Part shown: one piece after another, positions 56,647-64,000 of the stretch
Layout: every line of letters starts with the position of its first letter
Numbering within the stretch: position 1 is the stretch's first letter
Origin: a virus
Lineage: Duplodnaviria; Heunggongvirae; Uroviricota; Caudoviricetes
Direction: 5' to 3' (one strand)
DNA: 64,000 nucleotides
IMG/VR virus record: IMGVR_UViG_3300009788_001732
Coordinates: 9,963-73,962 of that record
Notes under the pieces: generated by a model
Databases searched by the model: none
Seen by the model: the letters and a program-made list of their open reading frames with translations, nothing else
Told to the model about the DNA's origin: nothing
Program-made: the position numbers and the translations under genes

Positions 56647-56913
56647 TTACTGACCTGAAGATGCTTTTGCAAGGGCTCCAATGAGGTCAATACCGATTGT
56701 CTTAACTAAAACAGCAACGGATACTGATGCAAATACCCAGAACAATTTTGTCTTGAACATGTCTTTTCGTTCCAAACGATCAGTTCGGATTACAAGACCA
56801 GTCTTTCCATTTCCCAAGAGACATTCTTCGATCTTCTCACAAGACATTGTGATTTGGCTAATTTGTTCACCATGCACCGCTTGTGTTTTAGCAATACGTT
56901 CAAAGTCTGCCAT
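56647..56913 (-). CDS. small protein with C-terminal TM helix
   Basis: LFWVFASVSVAVLVKTIGIDLIGAL hydrophobic segment; 88 aa. Confidence 0.3.
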   Translation of the reverse strand: MADFERIAKTQAVHGEQISQITMSCEKIEECLLGNGKTGLVIRTDRLERKDMFKTKLFWVFASVSVAVLVKTIGIDLIGALAKASSGQ

Positions 56914-56929
56914 GCGATGCTCCTACAAA

Positions 56930-56980
56930 TTAAAAGAAGCCGCGCCTTCCACCGGCGAACCGGTGGAAGGAAACGGCTTG
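56930..56980 (-). terminator. rho-independent terminator after the major capsid gene
   Basis: Long hairpin ccttccaccgg-cgaa-ccggtggaagg (11 bp) nested in aagccg/cggctt, then a U-rich run on the minus strand. Confidence 0.7.
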
Positions 56981-56986
56981 TGAACA

Positions 56987-58402
56987 TTAGCCAAGCATTA
57001 CAACGCCCAGATCAGTATACAACACAGCGACACCAGCGAGCAGATCAAGGGTCACATCGGTGCCCTGCTCTCGCAAGTTGTACTGCATGGTTACACGCAT
57101 CGAGATGTCATTGTGAACGCCGACTTGAGCACGAACGCCCATGTCACCTGCTGGCAGCGCCAAAGGTCGGTTAACTAAGGCGATTGCTTCACGATGGAAG
57201 CCGAAGTTGTAAGAACCAGCCGGGCCTGGAAAAACTGCATCATCATCTGCTACAGCCAGTTCAAGAGGTCGGTCAAGCAGAATGCTTTGCTCAGTAGCAG
57301 AAACAACTTCACTTTCGATGATGGTGTACACACGTCGTGACGCACCAGTACCAATCGCAACCAGTTGGCCAACCTGCGGCGGCAAGGAAGTGTTGAAGCC
57401 GTCAACCTGGATTGGCAGATTCGAGCCAGCAGCATAGCCACCAACATTATCAACAGCAACTGGTCTGTAGTAATTAACTACGGCACCAGAGCTGGTGGCC
57501 ACAGTCAAACCACTGTCGATTGTGAGATCGTCGATATCACCAGCAGCATTAGTGAAGGCGGTGACAAAATGAGGCTGATCCTCACCAGCGATAGTCACCC
57601 ATTCGCCGCCAACCGCATTTTCACCAACAAGAGTAATGTCGATCAGGGTGGTACCGGCGGCATCTGCACCAGCGGTTACACCAGCGGTCACATCACTATC
57701 AACTACGCGAGTGTTTGGGGTATTCTGGTCAAGCCAGAAATCGAACCCAAGCAAACGACCAAGACTCGCCTCTTCCAAGGCGGTACCGTCATCACCACGC
57801 TCGTTGGCGCGAAGGAACAGATCAGTTTTTAACAGTGCCGTCTCACTCGAAGGTGACACGATCATGTTACGGCTCTGCACGAACGCCTTATTCTCGTTCA
57901 ACTTTTGTCGAGCATCGAGAATAGTATCGCGGGAATTCGCGCCGGTCAAAGCGTCCAACCCACCGACAGTATTCGCCAGGTAAGCATGAACTCGGCCAAG
58001 AATCGCACGATCAATCGCGCGAGCCACGTTCTGCATACCCGGAAGAAGATGTAAGTCAACCAAGTCCTGGAAGGACTTCGATGCTTCACCATCTTTAATG
58101 GTGAAGTGGGTATAGACATGTTGGTCAAGCGGCACGCGGATATTGACGGTATTAGCGTCTTGCCCGAGAACCGGATCATTGTCACCTTTTCGGCGAATCT
58201 TGAACTGACCAGGGCGACGAGTGTTAACCACGTCACCGAAGTTTGCAACCTCGTTTGAGAAATCACGGTGGACCAAAGCAGCCGCGACCATGTTCTCTTC
58301 CAAGATTGCCAGACCCATGTTTGCCCAAATCTCGGGAACCATGGCATCGTTGTCGTTCACGTAAAGTGAAACGGCAGCATTAGCAAGATAGAGAGGATTC
58401 AT
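56987..58402 (-). CDS. major capsid protein (candidate)
   Basis: 471 aa immediately downstream of the scaffold gene and followed by a strong terminator. No sequence-level proof of the HK97 fold. Confidence 0.6.
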   Translation of the reverse strand: MNPLYLANAAVSLYVNDNDAMVPEIWANMGLAILEENMVAAALVHRDFSNEVANFGDVVNTRRPGQFKIRRKGDNDPVLGQDANTVNIRVPLDQHVYTHFTIKDGEASKSFQDLVDLHLLPGMQNVARAIDRAILGRVHAYLANTVGGLDALTGANSRDTILDARQKLNENKAFVQSRNMIVSPSSETALLKTDLFLRANERGDDGTALEEASLGRLLGFDFWLDQNTPNTRVVDSDVTAGVTAGADAAGTTLIDITLVGENAVGGEWVTIAGEDQPHFVTAFTNAAGDIDDLTIDSGLTVATSSGAVVNYYRPVAVDNVGGYAAGSNLPIQVDGFNTSLPPQVGQLVAIGTGASRRVYTIIESEVVSATEQSILLDRPLELAVADDDAVFPGPAGSYNFGFHREAIALVNRPLALPAGDMGVRAQVGVHNDISMRVTMQYNLREQGTDVTLDLLAGVAVLYTDLGVVMLG

Positions 58403-58476
58403 TAGTAGTCTCTCAGAAGGAAGTTAGATGTCAATCACCCACACAACATATGTAGGTAAAACTTTGGAACCCGGTT

Positions 58477-59364
58477 TTAATGCTTCCTGTCGCGAAGACC
58501 TAATTTGGTCCGGTCTTCCTTATAAATCTTCATCCATTGCTCAGTGGTAAGATCACCCTGATCAATGCGACCATCAGCACCCGGTTGGATACCACCGGTG
58601 GTAGAGTTGCCGCCAAGGCCAGAAACAACATTAGATTTGAACAGGTTGGGTTGCAACTTTTCCTTCAACCGTTCTACTGCTTCCAATGGCGTCCGTTGTG
58701 TGATGATTGGCTTGCCCGTGTCTGCATCAACATCGGGTAGGTCAACCACCGGCATCAATTGTCCAGTTGGCTTACCGCTCTCGTCAACGGCATCGACCAA
58801 TTTAGTCCATTTCCGAACAATATCGTAAATTTGATCAGGCATGAAAGCATCATGCGCGATAGCAGCATCAGTCAATGACTTTTGGATCATGTATTCTTTG
58901 TGCTGCGTTTCCCATTTGGCAGCGTCATCTTTGTACTGCTGCAATTCACCTTCATACTTTTCTTGGAGTTTCAGCTTATCGTGTTTCGCCTGTTCATCTT
59001 TTGTACGATGCTGCTTCTGAAGGTCTTCATATTGAACTTGAATTCGTTCACGCTCTTCTTCAGACAGTGAATGGTTGCCCAACAAATCTTCGTAGTTTGT
59101 CTTCAGGGCATTGTACTTTTCTTCATGCTTTTTACGGTCTTTTGCCAAACGATCCTGAACAATTTTATTCACAGCGTCCTGGTCAAATCGTGCGGACGAG
59201 TTGACATCAACAGGCACGTTTGGATCATCACTGTTCAAACCAGTGCCGGCGGGCGGGGTGGGCGGTGCAGCAGGCGGTGCAGCAGGCGGTGCAGGTGGTG
59301 CATTGCCGTCATACAAAGAAATAACAGGGCGGGCGAGATACAATCTCTTCATTTGGGACTCCAA
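58477..59364 (-). CDS. scaffolding protein
   Basis: Coiled-coil KE/Q-rich core with an N-terminal PAAPP repeat; it sits between portal and capsid. Confidence 0.6.
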   Translation of the reverse strand: MESQMKRLYLARPVISLYDGNAPPAPPAAPPAAPPTPPAGTGLNSDDPNVPVDVNSSARFDQDAVNKIVQDRLAKDRKKHEEKYNALKTNYEDLLGNHSLSEEERERIQVQYEDLQKQHRTKDEQAKHDKLKLQEKYEGELQQYKDDAAKWETQHKEYMIQKSLTDAAIAHDAFMPDQIYDIVRKWTKLVDAVDESGKPTGQLMPVVDLPDVDADTGKPIITQRTPLEAVERLKEKLQPNLFKSNVVSGLGGNSTTGGIQPGADGRIDQGDLTTEQWMKIYKEDRTKLGLRDRKH

Positions 59365-59442
59365 TAATTCCCCACAGGTTATCTGCTGAAGTCGTCGTGG
59401 GTCTGCTACTCCAGCCCTCTTGCCACAGAGTGTTTCATGGCT

Positions 59443-59471
59443 TTGACAAACTTGACTGCTTATGTTATTAT
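59443..59471 (+). promoter_or_regulatory. near-consensus sigma70-type promoter for the HNH-AP2 gene
   Basis: TTGACA (59443-59448), 17-nt spacer, TATTAT (59466-59471). Confidence 0.45.
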
Positions 59472-59949
59472 GAGGAATATGAAGAAAATACCTCTAACAC
59501 AAGGCAAGTTTGCCCTTATTGATGACATAGATTATGCATTTCTAAGCCAGTGGAACTGGCGTGTTGATCCACACGGATATGCTATTCGTCATTCATTAAA
59601 AAGTGAACATGGTGATGGTCCGAGAACAACAGTCAAAATGCACCGAAGTGTTTTACAACGGGTTGAAACATTGATTAAGAATGTTGACCATATCAATCGA
59701 GACAAACTCGATAACAGACGATCTAATTTACGTCAAGCAACGGCTTCACAAAACGGTCAAAATACTAATCCTCGTCGGCGATTCAAGGGTGTCTACTTTT
59801 CCAAAGACCATCAAAAGTTTCGTGCAAGAATCTTTGCTAGTAGGTGGATTGATCTGGGTTATTTTGATGATATTGTTGATGCGGCAAAGGCTTACAATAA
59901 AGCAGCCTTAGAACATTTCAGAGAGTTCGCCAGACTCAATGATGTTTAA
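59470..59949 (+). CDS. HNH homing endonuclease with AP2 DNA-binding domain
   Basis: VDHINRDKLDNRRSNLR (HNH_3) plus FKGVYFSKDHQKFRARIF...YFDDIVDAAKAYNKAALEHF (AP2-like). The start could be 59470 or 59479. Confidence 0.8.
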   Translation: MRNMKKIPLTQGKFALIDDIDYAFLSQWNWRVDPHGYAIRHSLKSEHGDGPRTTVKMHRSVLQRVETLIKNVDHINRDKLDNRRSNLRQATASQNGQNTNPRRRFKGVYFSKDHQKFRARIFASRWIDLGYFDDIVDAAKAYNKAALEHFREFARLNDV

Positions 59950-60509
59950 TTGTTACGAGTTAGGATTATTGCATCCTCATCTCGCAAGAAAGGTTTCAAC
60001 CATCGCCATGCCAAAGCATTTGGCACATAATTGATCAAATGCTCGATTGGCACATGGGCGCGGTCATACGTGGTTCGCACTGATGCGTACCCCTGGCTGA
60101 TAACACCGAGGTTTTCGAGTTCGAGTTCTGGGTCTTTACCATCTAGTAGTGAGTGTGCAATTTCAAAACATGCACAAATGATAGCATCGGGAACTACAGT
60201 ATCGGAACCACGAGGAAACTCAAGAGCCTGCGCTAGCGAGGCGTCTTGAACTTGTTGCTGTGTAACACACCCATCTTCAATGGCTTGCCAAATTTCGCAA
60301 ATGCCGTCAAAACAATTTGCGTTTTTGATTAGTGTTTCTATTGTGGCTTTATTACCTTTGAAATTTAGTGTGTCGATAAGTCGTGTTGAAAAGATCAATG
60401 CTTTCTGTCGATCGACAGGCTTGGCATTAGTCCAAGCAAATTCATGTAATCTATTTGCAAAGTAATCGGTAGCGTCAGCGACAGTGCCGTAATGGTCTGT
60501 GAAATTCAT
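59946..60509 (-). CDS. hypothetical head-module protein
   Basis: 187 aa between portal and scaffold; no protease motif seen. Confidence 0.4.
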   Translation of the reverse strand: MNFTDHYGTVADATDYFANRLHEFAWTNAKPVDRQKALIFSTRLIDTLNFKGNKATIETLIKNANCFDGICEIWQAIEDGCVTQQQVQDASLAQALEFPRGSDTVVPDAIICACFEIAHSLLDGKDPELELENLGVISQGYASVRTTYDRAHVPIEHLINYVPNALAWRWLKPFLRDEDAIILTRNN

Positions 60510-62344
60510 TACTTATCCCCTTCGCCACGAACGCGACTCTTTCGATCGGCTTGCAGGTCTGGGTTTTGTGATTCTACTTTCTCTTGTTTAGCCTGGCTTG
60601 GGTCTGGATCAAGATCAGGGTTGCCACGAGCAGCTTGGTCCCCTGGCTCTGGAGCCTCGGGCGACATTTGTGCCTTTTGCTGCCGAGCAATCCTGGCAGA
60701 CATGTCTTTGCGCGCTTTATCAACCTCTCCCTGAGCAAAGCCAAGTGCTAATGATGCTGTTTCTTCACCTGATAATCCTGCCTCAACCGCTCGGATAATA
60801 ATGTCTGGATCACTCGTGGTGAAGCCGGCTTTCTCAATTTCATCATTGATCTGGTCGATCTTTTCGACACTGACACGACTACTAAGAAGAACTGCAATAA
60901 GACTCTTCCACATTTCTTTTCGGGCGGTATTTGACGGTGTAGTCTGAATCAGTTTAGACAACTCTTGAGCTTCTTTAATTCGTTGATCATCATCCTTAAG
61001 GCTGTACCGTTCTGGGTACTTAACAATCGCGACCTTACGCTTACGCGAATCGAATTGTTCATATGCAGCCCACATATCAGCGATACGTCGTTCTGCGCTC
61101 TCTAACACAAGCCCGATAAATGACAGTCCAGCTTCTAATCCTTGATTATCCAGAGACTTGCTTTCAGCCGATGCGCGGGTCGCAAGACTCTGCACAGCAA
61201 GATTGATCAACTTTCGGATGTCTTGCTCCAACTTTTCTTGGAGTTTCATCGAAGCGATCAATGGCTCCGGTGACGGGTGTATGAATCCAGGGCGATCAGT
61301 TTTGATGTCATACATCCGGCCTTGAGTCGGACCTATGTTAACTTGACGTAGGTGAGTTGGTTGTCCGCCCGCCTCGGCAGTCCCGTCTGGGGCGACATTA
61401 TGTTTCAAATGGTCGCCTACACCACGAGTATCGCGTTGTTCTGTGTAAAATGGAAAGTTAGCTTTGAGAGCATAACTCACGTCACTAGACACAAGATTCA
61501 ACAAAGCAACTTGATGTTGGCATACGTCAGTGAGCACACTACCATTAACGTCTGGCATTACAAATGGAATTCGATCAAGATTGAGTTCAATCGGCCCAGT
61601 TGATAGGTCCCCGTCGCGGTCGATATTGTTTCCCTCTGCATCTATAAACTGCATATTAACCAAGCCAGTTTGGTTGCTGATCCATAACAAACGGAAACGT
61701 TCAAAGTGATTTAACGGTAGCAAAGTGTCTGTATCAAAATCTAAACATGCATCACGAAGAAGTAGCGACTGAAACTCACTAGGCGAGTCAGGCTTTGCAC
61801 ACCTCCACGACAAAATGTCCTCCACTTGATATAGATACAAATAAGGTCGTACGCCTTGAACGTCAGCTAGGGAAGGTTGCGATCCATCAGCTCGGTGAAT
61901 AATCGGATTGTCGATGTAAATTCCTACTCGACCCATAACTAAAAGTTCAGTTAGCACATCCATACCCATGAAAGCATTCATGGTTGAGCCGCGCAGATTT
62001 ACACCAAGGTCGAGGCCCTGAATAGCTCGTTTATAACTATCGCTGCCTTCTCGACGGACAACATCTCGCAAACGTTGGAAAATGCTATTACGGATATCAT
62101 TAACTGCTGCCGCCGCAAAGGACGGAATAGGAGTCATATCCTTACGGCTTTGGAAATCTTTGTTATCTTCTTTCTTGGTGAATTTCTTCAAATATCGTTG
62201 CACATACTGACGACCGCCCTGATACGTGTCTCGCCACTTCTTCCAGTCTATCGAATCAGAGTGAAAGTTAGGATGCCGCGAATCTATGATCCGGTGGCTG
62301 CGGCTCCGAATGTTCGCTGTATGTGGTCTATCTTTATGTGCCAT
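60509..62344 (-). CDS. portal protein (candidate)
   Basis: 611 aa immediately downstream of large terminase with an ATGA-type overlap. Confidence 0.6.
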   Translation of the reverse strand: MAHKDRPHTANIRSRSHRIIDSRHPNFHSDSIDWKKWRDTYQGGRQYVQRYLKKFTKKEDNKDFQSRKDMTPIPSFAAAAVNDIRNSIFQRLRDVVRREGSDSYKRAIQGLDLGVNLRGSTMNAFMGMDVLTELLVMGRVGIYIDNPIIHRADGSQPSLADVQGVRPYLYLYQVEDILSWRCAKPDSPSEFQSLLLRDACLDFDTDTLLPLNHFERFRLLWISNQTGLVNMQFIDAEGNNIDRDGDLSTGPIELNLDRIPFVMPDVNGSVLTDVCQHQVALLNLVSSDVSYALKANFPFYTEQRDTRGVGDHLKHNVAPDGTAEAGGQPTHLRQVNIGPTQGRMYDIKTDRPGFIHPSPEPLIASMKLQEKLEQDIRKLINLAVQSLATRASAESKSLDNQGLEAGLSFIGLVLESAERRIADMWAAYEQFDSRKRKVAIVKYPERYSLKDDDQRIKEAQELSKLIQTTPSNTARKEMWKSLIAVLLSSRVSVEKIDQINDEIEKAGFTTSDPDIIIRAVEAGLSGEETASLALGFAQGEVDKARKDMSARIARQQKAQMSPEAPEPGDQAARGNPDLDPDPSQAKQEKVESQNPDLQADRKSRVRGEGDK

Positions 62345-62356
62345 CGCCTACTCCGC

Positions 62357-64000
62357 TTACAGGAACGACTGAATGTCTTGACCTCGCACATACGATGCTG
62401 CCAAAGGCAGTGCTATTTCAGAATAGCAACGTGCATGTGCGTAGTGATCTGCACCCATCTTGACATAAGTGGCAGTAAGATTACCATTCTTATCTTTCTC
62501 GTATGTTCGGACAAGATTCTTAAGATGTTCACGCACCTCCAAATTGACGTTCCTAGGTAGAGTAATTTTCCCTTCGACATGGAAACGGCCGAGCGCACAA
62601 TCGATCCAATTTGTTCGATCAACCGTGGCCATCATTACTTGGTTGAGGTCTTCTGCTAATTGAACTTCTTTTTGAGGGACCCCACGCCGATAACGACACA
62701 GCGTAACGTAACCTGGGAAACGTTGAGCGAAGCGACGTGCTTCCAATGTATTGGGATCAGCATCTACAACGCAGTGGAGTATCTGCCACTCCCTCATAAA
62801 TTTATCAAGAGATTCCCAGCCACCTTCAACTTTTGCGTTGAACTTGCTATGCCAAACGTTTTTGGCTTTCGCCACCGCATTGATATCTCGACTGAACTCG
62901 TCAAAAAACCATTCATCAATCCAGACATGGCACCAATCTCCTTGGTCAACACCCATTGTGATGAAGCGGTCTGCGCCTGTTTTTGGTCGTGGGTCCGATG
63001 TGGCATAAGCTGCTACACAGCGGTCAATCTTTTCATCAGTTATCTGACCACCGTCTGGAATATAAGGACGCCCGATCTTTGATTTATGAAACTCACACAG
63101 TGCTCCTTCATCACCCATCCCCCGCAGATACGCCACAGCAATTTTATGTGGAGAGACAGTAAAGGAGTACAACTGATTGATATTGAATCCCCGCATATCA
63201 GGATCAAACTCAGTTACAGTTGGTTCCCAGAATCCTTTAGTTAGGTATTCTGACTTTGCTTTATGTTCAAGTTTGTGATCACATTCGTAACACTTGATAT
63301 ACGATTTTGCACAATTAGGGTCTGTAACTGTTTCACCACACACCTCAAATGACTCAGGCCATATCAATTCAATTGACTTGCTACAATGTGGACACTTGAA
63401 AAAGAAATGTTCCTGCGATGTGGTCTGGAATAGTTTGTGAATCCCTCTGTTTGGTAGTGTCGGAGTCGAAATTGCCCAGATATTCTGGGTCACCTGACCA
63501 CTTAATCGTTCAAACGCCAACCAAATCTGATCCTGATCCATCTCATCCACTTCGTCTAAGATCAACTCAGATACAGGAATGGATTTCAGGTTACTGTCAC
63601 CGCGTGAACCACGGATATACAGTGTATTTGTTCCGGCTTGTTTTAAGTTCACCGTATTAGTGTCGGTGAACATTCGGTTAATATAAGGTGAGAATTTGAG
63701 AGCCGTTGCAAAACGCGACCTTGAAAAATCGCTTGCATTCAGTGCCGTTGGTAGTACGTAAAGTACGTCTCGCCGCAATAAGTCGAGAATGTAAAATGCT
63801 CGATTGATTCCAATCTCAGTAAAGCCCATTTGGGCTGCCTTCATGGAAACATTGAAACTCGCAAGCGAGTCATGCGGCTCTTTGGCCCAAGGGTGGTACT
63901 TGAACCCGAATGGGCCGTCAAAATCGCCGCCCATTATACGCCGCTCTTCCGCCCACCTAGAACAAGACGTGATGGTTTTCGTGCGAAAACCCGACACCAT
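62357..64000 (-). CDS. terminase large subunit (N-terminus may extend beyond the window)
   Basis: Walker A-like MKAAQMGFTE, Walker B LILDEVDEM, a C-terminal nuclease-like region and a CPHC...CYEC zinc pair. The ATG sits at the last 3 nt of the window. Confidence 0.75.
   Translation of the reverse strand: MVSGFRTKTITSCSRWAEERRIMGGDFDGPFGFKYHPWAKEPHDSLASFNVSMKAAQMGFTEIGINRAFYILDLLRRDVLYVLPTALNASDFSRSRFATALKFSPYINRMFTDTNTVNLKQAGTNTLYIRGSRGDSNLKSIPVSELILDEVDEMDQDQIWLAFERLSGQVTQNIWAISTPTLPNRGIHKLFQTTSQEHFFFKCPHCSKSIELIWPESFEVCGETVTDPNCAKSYIKCYECDHKLEHKAKSEYLTKGFWEPTVTEFDPDMRGFNINQLYSFTVSPHKIAVAYLRGMGDEGALCEFHKSKIGRPYIPDGGQITDEKIDRCVAAYATSDPRPKTGADRFITMGVDQGDWCHVWIDEWFFDEFSRDINAVAKAKNVWHSKFNAKVEGGWESLDKFMREWQILHCVVDADPNTLEARRFAQRFPGYVTLCRYRRGVPQKEVQLAEDLNQVMMATVDRTNWIDCALGRFHVEGKITLPRNVNLEVREHLKNLVRTYEKDKNGNLTATYVKMGADHYAHARCYSEIALPLAASYVRGQDIQSFL

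Noticed and set aside
58403-58476. Possible terminator after the scaffold gene (aaaactttggaacccggtttt).
   Set aside because: The stem is AT-rich and only ~5 bp with no clean U-run, which is too weak to call.
1-64000. Search for CRISPR arrays, integrase/att sites and transposases.
   Set aside because: I saw no regularly spaced direct repeats and no tyrosine/serine recombinase or transposase signatures. The only tRNA-linked repeat is the internal tRNA-Asn fragment, which is not a prophage boundary.

Overview
This window is a continuous stretch of a tailed-phage genome (or an intact prophage interior), densely coding, with no recognisable host chromosomal genes. All calls rest on my own translations and motif recognition; no database search was run. 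The ORF track accepts alternative start codons, so some listed Met starts are GTG or TTG.

The window has three transcriptional blocks:
- 1..24619, minus strand: early/replication and accessory genes. Recognisable products are a BCS1-like AAA ATPase truncated at the window start, a GNAT acetyltransferase, a PD-(D/E)xK nuclease-like protein, an ATP-dependent DNA ligase, a HAD nucleotidase, a sigma factor, a C39-like peptidase, dCMP deaminase, a VRR-NUC nuclease, a family A DNA polymerase, two ParB-like proteins, two tandem sulfotransferase-like genes, an HTH-metallophosphoesterase, an SNF2 helicase interrupted by an intein, a SET-domain protein, three paralogous genes interleaved with tRNAs, and a Cro/CI-like HTH regulator.
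- 24895..30343, plus strand: primase-polymerase/SF3 helicase, a DEDDh exonuclease, a P-loop kinase and small Cys-rich proteins.
- 30381..64000, minus strand: the structural/late module in the usual order, read right to left. It begins with large terminase (cut by the window end), portal, scaffold and major capsid protein, then head-tail proteins, major tail protein, chaperone-like genes and a 1250-aa tape measure protein. Downstream of these are arrays of tandem tail-fibre-like paralogs (four plus three), large tail/baseplate proteins, an SPFH-domain protein and a very Cys-rich acidic protein.

Two free-standing HNH homing-endonuclease genes, one with an AP2 domain, sit antisense inside the structural module, each preceded by a near-consensus sigma70-type promoter or a strong hairpin. 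I also mapped several strong rho-independent terminators.

The most unusual content is the set of eukaryote-like genes in a tailed phage (BCS1 homolog, a minimal SET methyltransferase, SNF2 helicase, sulfotransferases). Other notable items are an Ala1/Thr+1 intein with class-3-like features in the helicase P-loop, DnaJ-type zinc-finger insertions in the DNA polymerase, a three-gene paralog/tRNA cassette, and a ~50-cysteine acidic protein at the end of the tail module.
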